DNA of 32,000 nucleotides from Methanopyrus kandleri AV19 (GCF_000007185.1 NC_003551.1:630001-662000), one strand, 5' to 3'; positions 9,001 through 18,384 are shown, counted from the first letter of the stretch. Notes: generated by a model not told the origin, from the sequence alone. Translations and numbers: made by a program.

Positions 9001-9833
9001 AACATGAGACCCGCCAGGTAGAACAGATCCTCCGGCTCGGGCAGTCGGATGGGCTTCGTCGACTTGGTGTTCGACCGGTAGGAGACCTCGACGGCGTCGT
9101 AGAGGTCCGCCAGGTCCAGACCCAGCTCTTCCGCCAGGTCGACGAGGATATCGGCTCGAATCCGTCCCTTTCTCAGCTGGTAGTAGAACGAGTTTTCCTC
9201 GATGTCCACCTCCAGCGTCTCCCATAGCGCCTTGATTCCGCGCTCCTTGGCCAGCTCGAGAACGCTCTCCGCCTCCTCTTCCGGCAGGTGGACGAAGAAG
9301 TCCCTGCCGAGCCTGCGGAACACCTCGCGCTTGAGCTCCTCCTCGCTCATCCCTTCGTGGACCAGCTTCTGGGTGCACACGATGTAATCTCCGATCTCCA
9401 GCTCGTCGGCCCTCTTCTCGACGATCTCACCCGAGGGATCCAGGACGAGGAACTTGTGCTCCGGCGTCGTACGGATGCTCCTACCGTTCTTCACCTCGAC
9501 CTCCACGAGCTTGTCCGCCTTCAGGCGCCACACGTGAGTTATCTTGCCTTCCACGATCTCTACGGCGTCCTTGTCCAGCGAGGATACTCCGACGGGCTCT
9601 CTTAGCTCGTAGACCTCTTCACTCTCATCGCACTTCACGAGTCTGCCGCGCTCTTTCAGCTCCTCGAACAACTCGTCCGCTCGGACGAACCGGCCGTCTG
9701 CTAGGCAGATCTTGGTCTCGGGAGCCACACACTTACCGTGGTCTATATGGGCGATGATACCGATATTACGGATCTTCCCCGGCTCGGTCATTAGTTTGCG
9801 GCACTTCTCGGCCATCTTCTCCTTACGACCCAA
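6060..9833 (-). CDS. fusA: Translation elongation factor 2 (aEF-2) precursor interrupted by an intein; the mature protein would be 735 aa
   Basis: The N-terminus [15 protein letters not shown]...[14 protein letters not shown] and the continuation [20 protein letters not shown] rebuild the canonical G1 P-loop. The DTPGHVDF and NKVD GTPase motifs are present, as is the diphthamide region [11 protein letters not shown]. The TTG start at 9833 is supported by conservation of the MGR(K/R)..M N-terminus that I recall in other archaeal EF-2 proteins. Confidence 0.95.
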   Translation of the reverse strand: MGRKEKMAEKCRKLMTEPGKIRNIGIIAHIDHGKCVAPETKICLADGRFVRADELFEELKERGRLVKCDESEEVYELREPVGVSSLDKDAVEIVEGKITHVWRLKADKLVEVEVKNGRSIRTTPEHKFLVLDPSGEIVEKRADELEIGDYIVCTQKLVHEGMSEEELKREVFRRLGRDFFVHLPEEEAESVLELAKERGIKALWETLEVDIEENSFYYQLRKGRIRADILVDLAEELGLDLADLYDAVEVSYRSNTKSTKPIRLPEPEDLFYLAGLMFGDGCWNQLTNGSEAIQGEVKRIASDMGLEVRVRRYEGKTARIDFPETVPRILEALFDYPRRKKAHRIRVNDFLTRAPLDCIAEFIRGYFDADGTVEEGRSAVSVTSVSREFLEDLQLLLQKFDVASYLREGDGAYTLYVSGARSLERFPGFREPEKAEKLKKLMEKASSSELEKVPISGEILREVRGDVPTTRMFNCYSNYEGGQVGLTKSSLEKVISTLEAVGVEGEALERLKALARDDVCFLEVVRVEEVEYDGYVYDFTVEEHHNFAAEGFVVHNTTLSDQLLAGAGMISEELAGDQLVLDFDEMEQERGITIDAANVSMVHEYEGEEYLINLIDTPGHVDFSGDVTRAMRAVDGAIVVVCAVEGVMPQTETVLRQALRERVRPVLYINKVDRLINELKLSPEEMQNRFLEIISEVNKMIEQMAPEEFKDEWKVSVEDGSVAFGSAYYGWGISFPFMEKTGITFKDIIEYCQQDKQKELAQEAPVYQVVLDMVVKHLPDPVTAQEYRIEQIWPGDPESEDGKTLRKCDPNGKLAMVVTDVRIDEHAGEVATGRVYSGTIREGQQVYLASSKKETRVQQVGIYMGPDRIRTDEVPAGNIAAVTGLRDVWAGETVTDPEDPIEPFEELQHFAEPVVTVAVEAKNTQDLPKLIEILHQIAKEDPTVKVEINEETGQHLVSGMGELHLEIIAHRIKERGVDIKVSEPIVVYREGVFGVCDDEVEGKSPNKHNKFYVTVEPVEEEIVEAIEEGKFNPEEMSKKELEETLMEYGMDRDDAKAVETVKGTNFFLDKTVGLQYLNEVMELLIEGFEEAMEEGPLAKEPCRGVKVSLVDAEIHEDPVHRGPAQVIPAIKRAIYGGMLLADTHLLEPMQYIYVTVPQDYMGAVTKEIQGRRGTIEEIQQEGDTVIIKGKAPVAEMFGFANDIRSATEGRAIWTTEHAGYERVPEELEEQIIREIRERKGLKPEPPKPEDYIEDYGG
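8166..9731 (-). mobile_element. Intein (522 aa) with a LAGLIDADG homing-endonuclease domain, inserted between K34 and T557 of the aEF-2 P-loop
   Basis: It starts with Cys ([13 protein letters not shown], block A) and ends with VVHN followed by a +1 Thr. Two LAGLIDADG motifs are present: [12 protein letters not shown] and [12 protein letters not shown]. Removing it restores GHIDHGK|TTLSD. Coordinates were computed from the reading frame as residues 35-556. Confidence 0.92.
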
Positions 9834-9847
9834 AACCTACGACCCCC

Positions 9848-10531
9848 TTATCGGGCCGCCTCCGCGATGCGCTCGATCTCCTCCTTACGCCGGATGGAGT
9901 GGCACTCCGTATCGTATCTCGCGGCTGCGATGATCTCCTCCGCCAAGCACTCCTCTATCGGTTTCGGGTTGCGGAACGCCCGCTGCTGAGCGCCCTCCGT
10001 AATTAGCCGGAGGGCGATGTCCAGCCGCCGCTGCGGCGAGGAATCGACGGCCTCGTGGTAAGAAATACCTCCGTAAATGATCGTGGTGGTCTCCTCCCTC
10101 GGAGCGGCGTTCTCCAGGGCCTGCACCAGAACCTGGATCGGGTTCTCACCGGTCCGCTCGTGGATGATGTCGAACGCCCTCTTGACTATATTGTATGCGA
10201 GGTGCTTCTTGCCGGTGTTCTTTTCCGTCCGCATCACACGGTTGATCAGCCTCTCCACGATCGGGACTTCCGCCTTCGCGAACCGCTTCTTGGCGTGACG
10301 ACCGCCAGTGTGCGGTAGGTACATCGGCTTCAGACAGATGTAATCCTTCAGACCCGGGTCTCGAACCTCGACCTCCGTGGGGTCCCACTTGCCGAACACC
10401 TTCATCTCGTAGAGTCTGTCCAGGTACGGGTTGCCCTCCAGCTCGGAGTACACCACTCGGCGCTCCTCCGTCTCAGCTTCCTCCTCGGTTACTTCCTCTT
10501 CCCTCTCCATCTCCTCGACTTCCTTGGCCAA
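9848..10531 (-). CDS. rps7: 30S ribosomal protein S7 (uS7) with an acidic N-terminal extension
   Basis: Contains [56 protein letters not shown] and the [10 protein letters not shown]-terminus. The tracked start at 10531 is a TTG. The canonical S7 core begins at MKVFGKW, 42 codons further in. Confidence 0.9.
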   Translation of the reverse strand: MAKEVEEMEREEEVTEEEAETEERRVVYSELEGNPYLDRLYEMKVFGKWDPTEVEVRDPGLKDYICLKPMYLPHTGGRHAKKRFAKAEVPIVERLINRVMRTEKNTGKKHLAYNIVKRAFDIIHERTGENPIQVLVQALENAAPREETTTIIYGGISYHEAVDSSPQRRLDIALRLITEGAQQRAFRNPKPIEECLAEEIIAAARYDTECHSIRRKEEIERIAEAAR

Positions 10532-10544
10532 CTCGAACGTCCCC

Positions 10545-10988
10545 TTAACGCATCGGCTTCTCGATCTTACCCTTCAGCAGCTCGGACAGAGCCACGTCGT
10601 TCACCTTCACGACCTTGTATCGGACGCCCGGAATGTCTCCCTTAGCGCGACCCTTGGGACCTCCGATACCCTCGATGACCACCTCATCGTGCTCGTCGAT
10701 GTAGTCGATCGCACCGTCACCGGGACAGAACGCGGTGACCTGCTTACCGTTCTTGATCAGCTGGACGCGTACGCACTTACGGATCGCGGAGTTGGGCTGC
10801 TTCGCCTCGACTCCGACCTTCTCGAGCACGATCCCACGCGCCTGAGGTGCGCCCTCCAGTGGGTCTGCCTTTTCGTCGAGTTTCAACATCCTACGCTTAT
10901 ACCTCTCGTCCTTCCACCGGAACTTCTTACGCTTCTCCCGCAGCTTACGGGCCGCGAACTCCCCAGCGGGACTCTTCTTGCCCGGCAT
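10545..10988 (-). CDS. rps12: 30S ribosomal protein S12 (uS12)
   Basis: Contains [29 protein letters not shown] and VRYKVVKVN; 147 aa. Confidence 0.95.
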
Positions 10989-11006
10989 GAGCGTGAGCCC
11001 CCTAGA

Positions 11007-11435
11007 TCACGTGACGATGATATCATCGATACCATGGTGTCTCCTCGCGAGGATCCGCGCCTTCTTTATGTTCCTTCCCCCTTTACCGATAACCCGGCCC
11101 CGCTCGGACTCCGGCACGTCCACTATCGCGACTTTCTTGTTCCCGCGCTCCGTCACTCGAACGCTCTTCACGCGCGCCGGAAACAGGGCGTTTCGGATGA
11201 ACTTCTCCGGATCCTCGGAGTGCTCCACGACCTCCACGTCCATCCCGAGCTGCTCCTGAACGCGACGCACGTTCTGACCCTTCTTACCGATCGCTAGGCC
11301 TATCTGTCCCTCCTTCACCACGAAGATCGCCCTGTTGTGCTCGTCGTCGATCACGCAGTCCAGCACGTGTGCCCCGGTGAGGCTCTCGAAGAGCGCGATC
11401 ATGCGGATCTGCTCGGTTTCCAGTTTAACCGCCAA
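11007..11435 (-). CDS. nusA: Archaeal NusA homologue (two KH domains)
   Basis: Two GxxG KH signatures are present (LAIGKKGQNV and VIGKGGRNI). The 142-aa length and the position between rpl30e and rps12 both fit. The TTG start is preceded by GGGGTGA. Confidence 0.9.
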   Translation of the reverse strand: MAVKLETEQIRMIALFESLTGAHVLDCVIDDEHNRAIFVVKEGQIGLAIGKKGQNVRRVQEQLGMDVEVVEHSEDPEKFIRNALFPARVKSVRVTERGNKKVAIVDVPESERGRVIGKGGRNIKKARILARRHHGIDDIIVT

Positions 11436-11450
11436 GGTTTTTCACCCCTT

Positions 11451-11789
11451 TTAGCTCGGTGCGGCCCCTTCCTCCATAGCCTTGCGGACCGTAGCGATGA
11501 GGTCAGACTCGCCGTCGTCCAGGACCGCCATCGAAGCTACCACGTGTGGTCTACCGCATACGTCACCCAGATCCATGCTCGTGCCCGGGTACACGAACAC
11601 CGGTACGTCGGCTAGCTCCGCGTAGTACTCGATGTCTTCACGGATTTCGGCCGGACAGTTCGCCGCTACGATCACTAGCTTGGGCTTCCCTAGTTTCAGT
11701 AGCTTGATGGTCTGGTTGGATCCTAACACGACGTCTCCAGTCTCGACAGCCATGCGGATCTGACGCTCAATCTCCTGCAGCTCCACCAA
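11451..11789 (-). CDS. rpl30e: 50S ribosomal protein L30e (eL30)
   Basis: Contains GSNQTIKLLKLGKPKLVIVAANCP and the L7Ae/L30e family fold pattern, and sits at the canonical position at the head of the str-type operon. The start is TTG 11789 or the adjacent GTG 11786. Confidence 0.88.
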   Translation of the reverse strand: MVELQEIERQIRMAVETGDVVLGSNQTIKLLKLGKPKLVIVAANCPAEIREDIEYYAELADVPVFVYPGTSMDLGDVCGRPHVVASMAVLDDGESDLIATVRKAMEEGAAPS

Positions 11790-11885
11790 GTTACAACACC
11801 CCGGAATGAGAACTAGCCCTTACCCTCGATGGTGCACAATGAGTCATTCCGCCCCGCTCACGTTTCACCCCGCGCGGCACGGTTT

Positions 11886-11902
11886 CCCCATAAAAGTCTT
11901 AC
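11886..11902 (-). promoter_or_regulatory. Candidate BRE/TATA element for the rpl30e-nusA-rps12-rps7-fusA unit
   Basis: The minus strand reads GTAAGACTTTTATGGGG. This resembles the tRNA-Asp promoter in this window (GTAAAGTTTATAATTGGGG). It would place a transcription start about 75 nt upstream of the L30e start. Confidence 0.4.
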
Positions 11903-12112
11903 TCCTCGACCGGGTCTGACTTAAGAACTTACTGCGAGAAACAGGAAACGCTCCCCCGACACCTGTATACGACGATACGCGGGCTACCCGCGACGGGGCA
12001 CTACCGGGCTCCGCGCGTCGAAGTACCGGGACGGATCCTTCGAGATGCACCTATCCCTACGCGTCTATCTCGACGGCTCAGAGGTGGCGCTGTGACCACG
12101 TCCACTTATCAG

Positions 12113-12128
12113 CGCGAAAAACATCGCG
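12113..12128 (-). terminator. Candidate terminator: short hairpin carrying a T5 run, about 150 nt downstream of rpoA2
   Basis: The minus strand reads CGCGA-UGUUUU-UCGCG, a 5-bp stem whose loop carries an oligo-U tract. Oligo-T tracts are the known archaeal termination signal. This is the only T5 run between rpoA2 and rpl30e. Confidence 0.25.
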
Positions 12129-12268
12129 AACAGGTGCCGTGAAACCGAGACGGTAGCGGCCGAGCTCGGGTACCGAGTTACCTCCGCGGGTACCTACCGG
12201 CGCCCGTGCCGCTAGTGGGTGTAAGCGATCGTAGTCCCATGGGGTGATGGGAAGGAAAGCGGCCCAGT

Positions 12269-13558
12269 TCAGCTCTCCCCTTCCTCTTCTCCCTCCTTGA
12301 ACTTGGAGTAATCCACTGTGAGCTCCACCGTACCGGTACCCACCGGTACCGGCTTACCCACGATGATGTTCTCGAGCACTCCACGCAGCTCCTCGACGTC
12401 ACCCGACGTCGCCGTTTCGGTGAGGACCCTCGATACGTACTCGAAGGCGGCCTTCGTGAGCGGGCTGCCCTTCAGCTCCATCACCGAGTAACCGCCGACG
12501 GACCGTACGCTACGCAGCTCGCCCCAGAACGACATCATGTCGCTGATGAGCATGAAGTGGCGCGGGTCTACGGAGATCCCCTGGCTCTCGTACACCTCCT
12601 CGAGCTGCTCGATGATCGCGTTCCGCCCGGCCTCCACCCCGAGGAGCACGTCCACTATCTTCGGGTCGTTCGTGTTCACCCGCGTAGCGTCGACCTCGTC
12701 CAACTGCATCAGCTGCAGCATCAGGTAGGCGCGCTTCGCCACCTTGCTGTTCCTGGCGCGCTGGGAGATCCACCTAGGAGGCCGTCCCGGGGCTCCCTCA
12801 GGACTACCTCTGACAAGGATGTAGTATTCCTCCTCGTCCTCATCGTACTGGACGGAGGCGTGGAGTACCCCCTCGATCCCCTTCACTACGGCCTCGCGGA
12901 GGTCGTTCGCGATCTCGGCCAGCTCCGATGCCGACTCCACGTCCGCGAGCGTCACCTTGAGGACATCTCCCTCGAGGTGACACGCCCCGCCGGTGTGCTC
13001 CCGGACGAAGGCCACGAGCTGGTCTTCGTCGATCCCGTGTTCCTCTATCCGCTCCTCATCCAGGCCGATCTCGATGGCGCACTCGTCCGGGTTCACCTCG
13101 ATGTACTCCGTGAGTTCCTCGAACCGCGTCTCCTCGATCTTTCGCGCCACTCCCTCGGCCTTCTCCCGATCGCTGCGGTACGGTTCCTTGAGTCTCAGTT
13201 CGATGACCCACGTCGGGGGACCGTGATAGGGGAGAGAAAGGACACGCTCCAGCGCCGGCATACCGGTGGTGATGTCGATCTCCGCCACACCGGCCAGGTG
13301 GAACGTACGCATGGTCATCTGCGTCGCCGGCTCACACATCGACTGAGCCGCCAGAACGCCCACCGCGTCGCCCCGCTCGATCTGTCGGCACTTGTAGTTG
13401 CGTACGAGCGCCCGGAGGACCTTCCGCACGGTTTCTTCGTCGGCGTCCTTGAGCTCCTCGTCCTCCGACACCTTCTCGACGATCTCTCGGTGTACCGAGT
13501 CCGGGAGCTCCACGTCCTCCTCCTTACAGACCTCTTCGAGCAGCTCCTCCACGTTCAT
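12269..13558 (-). CDS. rpoA2: DNA-directed RNA polymerase subunit A'' (Rpo1C)
   Basis: Contains [28 protein letters not shown] and the C-terminal [14 protein letters not shown]. The start is taken at MNVEELLEE (ATG 13558), which forms an ATGA overlap with the rpoA1 stop. The longer tracked ORF (to 13648) adds a G/R/E low-complexity leader that overlaps the rpoA1 coding sequence. Confidence 0.92.
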   Translation of the reverse strand: MNVEELLEEVCKEEDVELPDSVHREIVEKVSEDEELKDADEETVRKVLRALVRNYKCRQIERGDAVGVLAAQSMCEPATQMTMRTFHLAGVAEIDITTGMPALERVLSLPYHGPPTWVIELRLKEPYRSDREKAEGVARKIEETRFEELTEYIEVNPDECAIEIGLDEERIEEHGIDEDQLVAFVREHTGGACHLEGDVLKVTLADVESASELAEIANDLREAVVKGIEGVLHASVQYDEDEEEYYILVRGSPEGAPGRPPRWISQRARNSKVAKRAYLMLQLMQLDEVDATRVNTNDPKIVDVLLGVEAGRNAIIEQLEEVYESQGISVDPRHFMLISDMMSFWGELRSVRSVGGYSVMELKGSPLTKAAFEYVSRVLTETATSGDVEELRGVLENIIVGKPVPVGTGTVELTVDYSKFKEGEEEGES

Positions 13559-16416
13559 CCCGCGCCTCCCCTCACTCTTCTCTCTTCCTCCAGCACCACT
13601 TCCTTCACGACCTTCAGCGCCTTCTCGACGTCCAGGTTCAAGCCCCACTTCTTGGCGGGATCTACGCCGTCTTCACCGTACGTCAGCTGGATGACGTTGT
13701 TGGCGCTGTCGCGCACGCGCCCTCCGGAGTCCACGATCAGGTCCAGGGCGGTGGTCACGTAGCGTCGGTGTAGATAGCCCGAGTCCGCCGTTCTGAAGCC
13801 CTTGTCGATGAGACCCTCTCGACCGCTCATCGCGTGCAGGAAGTACTCGACCATGTCCAGCCCCTCGAAGAAGCCGGAGCGGACAAAGCCTCCCTCCTTC
13901 ACACCCGGGATGAGGCTCTTCTCGAAGTGCGGTGTCACGCGGTCCGTGTACGAGTAGTTCACTATCTTCTCCATGATATGCTCCGTGTTGTGCTTCGCCC
14001 GGTGTGGACGCTCACCCATCACGGCCTGCTGACCGCCGATCAGGGCCATCCTCGCGATGTTGGTGATACTTCCACGCGCACCCGACTCCGGCATGATGTA
14101 CGCCGGGTTGAACAGGTCACGGTGCTTCTTCAGCAGTCTCTCGGTCTCCACTCGCGGCTGGTTGAGGATGGCCATAACCTCGCTCTCGATGTTCCTCTCC
14201 AACATCTCACCGCGCTCGATCCGGCTCCGGTTGCAGGTCTCGTGCTCCTCGAGCTCCTGGAGCCTCCGCTCGCCCCGCTCGATGATCTCCTTCGCCTTCT
14301 TAGCGGCCTCGTCACACAGCCGCTCCACCTCGTCCCGGAACCTCTCGTAGATGTCCTCGAACTCGTCTATACCCAGCGTGAACCCGTACCTCGTCACGAA
14401 CCGGAGACCGAGTCGACCGATCTTGTCCATGGCCCTCAGTGTGGTCTCGGCGGCCTTGAACCACGGGTACGACTCGCCCCTCGCTACCTCCCTGGCCGCG
14501 TAGCGGTGGACGATCTCGGTCATGATACCGTGGACGGTCTTCTCGTCCAGGAACCCCCGCACGATGCGTCCCTTCTCGATTACCACCTTACCGTGCTCCT
14601 CGTCGTCCGGACAGACCGCGTTCTCCAGCTCCACTCTGTCCAGCCAGTCCGGGAGGAAGACGCTCAGCAGCTGTCGGCCGGTTACGAGCGGCTCACCCTC
14701 CCTGGGTTGCCCGCAAACGAACTCGAGCTCGTGTATCTCCTCTTCGAACCCACGCCGGTACTTAGCCTCGGGTTTCAGCTTCACCTCCGTGGGCTCGAAC
14801 CAGTCACCCTCCTTCTTCACCTCCTCCAGGAGCTGGTAGGCCTCTCGGAGCGGTATCCACGCCCTCGACAGCAGGTGGATACCGACGATCGCCTCGTGGA
14901 TGGGGCTGTTACGGACGTCCTCGTGCCCGTTCTTAGGCGGCCACAGGTGGTACACGTAACAACCCATCAACTCCCTGACCTCGGCTCGAGCCTCCTCGGA
15001 CTGTGGCACGTGCAGGTTCATCTCGTCGCCGTCGAAGTCCGCGTTGAACCCCACTCCCATATAACACGCCGCGGGCAGTCTGAACGTCTTACCGGGCATT
15101 ACCCTCACGCGGAAGCCGAGCTCCGACTGGATGTGTAGCGTCGGCTGTCGGTTGAACATCACCGGGTCTCCATCCATGAGATGGCGCTCGACGACGTCGC
15201 CGGGTTCCAGGTCTTCCGCGAGCTTCTCCTTGTTCTCGTCGGTGATCCTGATCCGGCTCCCGTCCCGCTTGACCACGTAGTTGGCTCCCGGGTGCTTGTT
15301 CGGACCGTTGAGTACCAACTTCCGGAGCCGGTCGATGTTCCACTCGGTGACCCGCTCCGGAACGGTCAGCTCCTTGGCGATGGCCTCGGGGACACCCAAC
15401 GTGAACGGGTCGAGCTCCGGATCGGGTGTGATGACGGATCTGGCCGAGAAGTTGACACGCTTACCGGCCAGGTTCTGCCTGAACCGACCTTCCTTACCCT
15501 TCAACCGCTGCACGATACCTTTCAGCGGCTTGCCGCCGGTCCGGTGCCTGGCGACGGGTACTCCACCGATCTCGTTGTCGATGTACGTGGTGACGTGGTA
15601 CTGCAGCAGGTCCCACTGGTCCTCGATGATCGGCTCGGGGGCACCCGCCTCGAGCGACTCCTTCAGCCTGAGGTTCACCCGGACGATATCCACGAGCTTG
15701 TGCGTCAGGTCGTCCTCGGCACGTTCGCCGGTCTCCAGGATGATCGAGGGTCTCATGGTCACGGGAGGCACCGGCAGGACCGTCAGGACAGCCCACTCCG
15801 GCCTCGCCCGTTCCGGGTGGAAACCCAGGATCTCGACGTCCTCGTCGGGGATCTTCTCCAACCACGCGCGTATGTCCACGGGCCACAGCCGCTCGTCGTC
15901 CATCATAATCGTCGTGGGCTTCTGATACGTGATCTTCCTGGATTCGGCGCCGCAGTGCGGGCACGATTCACGCTTCTCGGCCCGGTCTATCACCTCCGCC
16001 GCCACCGACTTGACGGGCCTGATACCTTCCCTGACCTCCCGGAGGTAACTCTCGATCTCGTCCTCCGGTAGCTTGACCCTCCCACACTCCGGGCACGTGG
16101 CCCGCAGTACGTCCTTGATCCTCTCCGCGTACCTGGGGTGCAGGACCGGGCGGGCGAGCTCTATATGGCCGAAGTGACCAGGGCAGCGACCGGCCGGCTG
16201 ACCGCACGTCCGACACCTGAGTCCGGGGTCGATGACGCCCATCCTGGTGTCCATCACGCCTCCTTCGATCGGGTACCCGTCCTCGTCGTACGTCTCCGGG
16301 CTAGTTACCTCGACCTTGGACATCTTCCGGATCTTGTCGGGCGGTAGGATCCCGAACAGGATGCGCTTCACGTACTTGGGTGGATCTTGAACGCGAGGTT
16401 CCTCCATCAGGGTCAT
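13555..16416 (-). CDS. rpoA1: DNA-directed RNA polymerase subunit A' (Rpo1N)
   Basis: Contains the zinc motif [33 protein letters not shown] and the catalytic [10 protein letters not shown]. Its ATG overlaps the rpoB1 stop as ATGA. Confidence 0.96.
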   Translation of the reverse strand: MTLMEEPRVQDPPKYVKRILFGILPPDKIRKMSKVEVTSPETYDEDGYPIEGGVMDTRMGVIDPGLRCRTCGQPAGRCPGHFGHIELARPVLHPRYAERIKDVLRATCPECGRVKLPEDEIESYLREVREGIRPVKSVAAEVIDRAEKRESCPHCGAESRKITYQKPTTIMMDDERLWPVDIRAWLEKIPDEDVEILGFHPERARPEWAVLTVLPVPPVTMRPSIILETGERAEDDLTHKLVDIVRVNLRLKESLEAGAPEPIIEDQWDLLQYHVTTYIDNEIGGVPVARHRTGGKPLKGIVQRLKGKEGRFRQNLAGKRVNFSARSVITPDPELDPFTLGVPEAIAKELTVPERVTEWNIDRLRKLVLNGPNKHPGANYVVKRDGSRIRITDENKEKLAEDLEPGDVVERHLMDGDPVMFNRQPTLHIQSELGFRVRVMPGKTFRLPAACYMGVGFNADFDGDEMNLHVPQSEEARAEVRELMGCYVYHLWPPKNGHEDVRNSPIHEAIVGIHLLSRAWIPLREAYQLLEEVKKEGDWFEPTEVKLKPEAKYRRGFEEEIHELEFVCGQPREGEPLVTGRQLLSVFLPDWLDRVELENAVCPDDEEHGKVVIEKGRIVRGFLDEKTVHGIMTEIVHRYAAREVARGESYPWFKAAETTLRAMDKIGRLGLRFVTRYGFTLGIDEFEDIYERFRDEVERLCDEAAKKAKEIIERGERRLQELEEHETCNRSRIERGEMLERNIESEVMAILNQPRVETERLLKKHRDLFNPAYIMPESGARGSITNIARMALIGGQQAVMGERPHRAKHNTEHIMEKIVNYSYTDRVTPHFEKSLIPGVKEGGFVRSGFFEGLDMVEYFLHAMSGREGLIDKGFRTADSGYLHRRYVTTALDLIVDSGGRVRDSANNVIQLTYGEDGVDPAKKWGLNLDVEKALKVVKEVVLEEERRVRGGAG

Positions 16417-18368
16417 TCCTCCTCACCCTCCTCCCGTTCGGACAGCGAGCCGACTTCCAGCACGGCGTCCATGCAGAACGACTTCAGCTCGTCCAGCAGA
16501 ATCTTGAACGCGTACGACATCTCGACGCGGTCAGCCCGCACCTCGCCGCAGATGGGACAGATCGTCTTACCCGTCGCGGCGTGCACGTAACACAGCTCTC
16601 CGCAGTTCGGGCAAATGTACGCCTCGTACTTGTCGGACTCGTCGAGCAGCCTCTCTTTCAGGAACAATGAGGCGCCCCAAGCCACGAGGTCGTCGCGTTC
16701 CATCTCTCCGAACCTGAGACCGCCCTCCCGGGCCCTTCCTTCCGTCGGCTGCCTGGTGAGTACCTGCACAGGACCGCGCGATCTCGCGTGGTACTTGTCC
16801 TTCACCATGTGGTACAGCTTCCGGTACAGGCACACTCCGATGAAGACCTCCGCTTCGAGCTTCTGCCCGGTACGGCCGTCGTACATGACCTCCTTACCGG
16901 TGGGCTCGAACCCCAGCTCGCGGAGCATCTTCTTGATCTCCTCGTAGGCCTCCTTCGGGTTCGAGGTGAACGCGGAACCGTCGATCCTCTTCCCGCTCAG
17001 TGCCGCCGCCTTACCCGCGAGCGTCTCCAGAATGTGGGCCATGGTCTCACGCGACGGTAGCGCGTGCGGGTTGAGTATCAGGTCCGGTGTGATCCCGTCC
17101 TCGGTGAACGGCATGTCCTCCTCCGGGACGATCATCCCGATGACTCCTTTCTGACCGTGCCGTGAGGAGAACTTGTCACCGAGCTCCGGCACCCGCTCGT
17201 CCCTGATCCTCACCTTCACCAGCTTGTGTCCGTCGCTGGTCTCGGTGATGATCACGGAGTCCACGATACCGGAGTCGGTGTGCCGGATGGCCGTGGAGGA
17301 CTCACGCCTCTCCTCCGCCGGCAGTTCCTCCGGTCGGAATTCCTCCAGGAAGCGCGGCGGGCTCGTCTTCCCGATGATCACGTCACGACCCTCGACGCGC
17401 TCCCCGACCTCCGCCAGTCCATCCTCTCCCAGGTGCTTGTACGCGTCCTCGGACCGGTATCCACGCACCTCCTTCTCCGGGATGCAGAACTTGTCCTTCA
17501 TCCCGCCCGGATACGTCCGTGCCTCGTCTTCGAACGTCTTGAAGAAGAACGACCTAGCCAGACCGCGCTCGATCGCGGACTCGTTCATGATGATGGCGTC
17601 CTCCATGTTGTAACCCTCGTACGTGAGCACGGCGACGATCATGTTCTGGCCGGCCGGCCGCTCGTCGTAGTCGAAAGCTTCCGTACCTCTGGTCTTCACG
17701 AGCGGTCGGTGCGGGTAGTACAGCAGGTGACCCCGGGACTCCATCCGGATGGGGTGGTTCGCGGCGTAGAAGCCCAGCGCCTGCCGGGTCATGTTCGTAC
17801 CCATCGTGTTACGCGGCGCCGAGTTCGACTCCGGCCAGGGGATGCAGCTGCAGCACGTTCCGAATATCGCCGCCGGGTCCAGCTCCACATGTGTGTACTT
17901 CTTCCGCTCCTCCTTAGGCATCGAGTAGAACTCCTCCAGGGACTGGGCGATGAGCGCGTTCTCCTCCTCTTCGGCGTCCAGGAACTCGATGACGCCTTCT
18001 TCCTCCAGGTCCTTCCACGAGATCTCTCCTTCTCGGAGCTTCTCCAGGTGCTCCTCCGTGAGCTTGACCTCGCCGTCCTCCACCACCAGTAGCGGACGGA
18101 CCACGCGTCCACGGTCACAGTTCACGTGCACCTCGTTCAGGTCCTCGTGGTAGGCGGCGTTGACCCTCGGATGCAGCACGCCCTCCCGTCGCAACTCCCG
18201 GACTTTCTCCACGAACTCCTCCGGGTCCTCCACGTATCCGATCAGCCGTCCGTTCAGGTACACCGGGGTTCTATCTTCCTCGCGTTCGGGACCCTTGAGA
18301 ACATGCTCAACGGCCTTATCCACACGGGTCTCCACGTCGTCCCGCACGCCACCCTCCTCGTTCGACAC
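16413..18368 (-). CDS. rpoB1: DNA-directed RNA polymerase subunit B' (C-terminal half of Rpo2)
   Basis: Contains GDKFSSRHGQKGV, GLRFGEMERD and the C-terminal zinc ribbon CPNCG...CPICG. GTG start. Confidence 0.95.
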   Translation of the reverse strand: MSNEEGGVRDDVETRVDKAVEHVLKGPEREEDRTPVYLNGRLIGYVEDPEEFVEKVRELRREGVLHPRVNAAYHEDLNEVHVNCDRGRVVRPLLVVEDGEVKLTEEHLEKLREGEISWKDLEEEGVIEFLDAEEEENALIAQSLEEFYSMPKEERKKYTHVELDPAAIFGTCCSCIPWPESNSAPRNTMGTNMTRQALGFYAANHPIRMESRGHLLYYPHRPLVKTRGTEAFDYDERPAGQNMIVAVLTYEGYNMEDAIIMNESAIERGLARSFFFKTFEDEARTYPGGMKDKFCIPEKEVRGYRSEDAYKHLGEDGLAEVGERVEGRDVIIGKTSPPRFLEEFRPEELPAEERRESSTAIRHTDSGIVDSVIITETSDGHKLVKVRIRDERVPELGDKFSSRHGQKGVIGMIVPEEDMPFTEDGITPDLILNPHALPSRETMAHILETLAGKAAALSGKRIDGSAFTSNPKEAYEEIKKMLRELGFEPTGKEVMYDGRTGQKLEAEVFIGVCLYRKLYHMVKDKYHARSRGPVQVLTRQPTEGRAREGGLRFGEMERDDLVAWGASLFLKERLLDESDKYEAYICPNCGELCYVHAATGKTICPICGEVRADRVEMSYAFKILLDELKSFCMDAVLEVGSLSEREEGEEE

Positions 18369-18384
18369 GGGTTCGGGGTCCCCC

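Noticed and set aside
6183-9605. A series of long plus-strand ORFs antisense to fusA: 6183-6941, 6942-8159, 8169-9227 and 9288-9605.
   Set aside because: All lie opposite the motif-rich EF-2/intein frame and translate to L/H/R/D/V-rich repetitive sequence without recognisable domains. This is a typical antisense artefact of GC-rich coding DNA.
11830-12135. Possible C/D-box sRNA signals in the spacer: AAUGAGU...CUGA on the plus strand and CUGAUAA...CUGA on the minus strand.
   Set aside because: The C-box candidates deviate from RUGAUGA at two or three positions. The spacing is wrong (26 nt or about 75 nt). There are no terminal complementary stems or internal D'/C' boxes.
12160-12169. The 10-nt palindrome CCGAGCTCGG recurs at 31869-31878 and might be a repeat element.
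   Set aside because: GAGCTC (Glu-Leu codons) is extremely common throughout this GC-rich sequence. Two copies of a 10-mer with no extended flanking similarity do not support a repeat family. No CRISPR-like periodic repeats were seen anywhere in the window.
12240-12268. GGGAAGGAAAGCGGCCC on the plus strand resembles RNase P CR-I (GAGGAAAGUCC) and the SRP helix-8 motif (GGAAGGAAGCAGCC).
   Set aside because: It sits at the edge of the spacer, so an RNA using it on the plus strand would have to extend antisense into rpoA2. I found no partner CR-V (ACAGAA..GGCUUA) motif. I also found no GNAR-tetraloop stem geometry in the correct order on either strand.
11865-12402. Small tracked ORFs inside or entering the spacer: 11865-12050 (61 aa, minus) and 12178-12402 (74 aa, minus).
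   Set aside because: Their composition is unlike real proteins (R/S/G/P-rich) and they have no ribosome-binding site. The second is an out-of-frame run-on into the rpoA2 3' end.
13559-13648. Longer N-terminal extensions offered by the ORF track for rpoA2 (to 13648), rpoH (to 20327), rad50 (to 23485), mre11 (to 24830) and the first pilin-like gene (to 29250).
   Set aside because: In each case the extension overlaps the 3' end of the upstream gene, is low-complexity, and precedes an internal ATG. That internal ATG aligns with the canonical family N-terminus (MNVEELL, MAERLD, MIERVKIENL, MAHVADVHLG and MSFSRGQ). It also gives a tidy ATGA overlap or a 7-8-nt coupling distance.
12557-16071. Plus-strand ORFs of 296-434 aa antisense to rpoA2 and rpoA1: 12557-13762, 13834-15138 and 15181-16071.
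   Set aside because: They sit opposite unambiguous RNA polymerase subunit frames. The translations are low-complexity and there is no independent start or ribosome-binding-site support.
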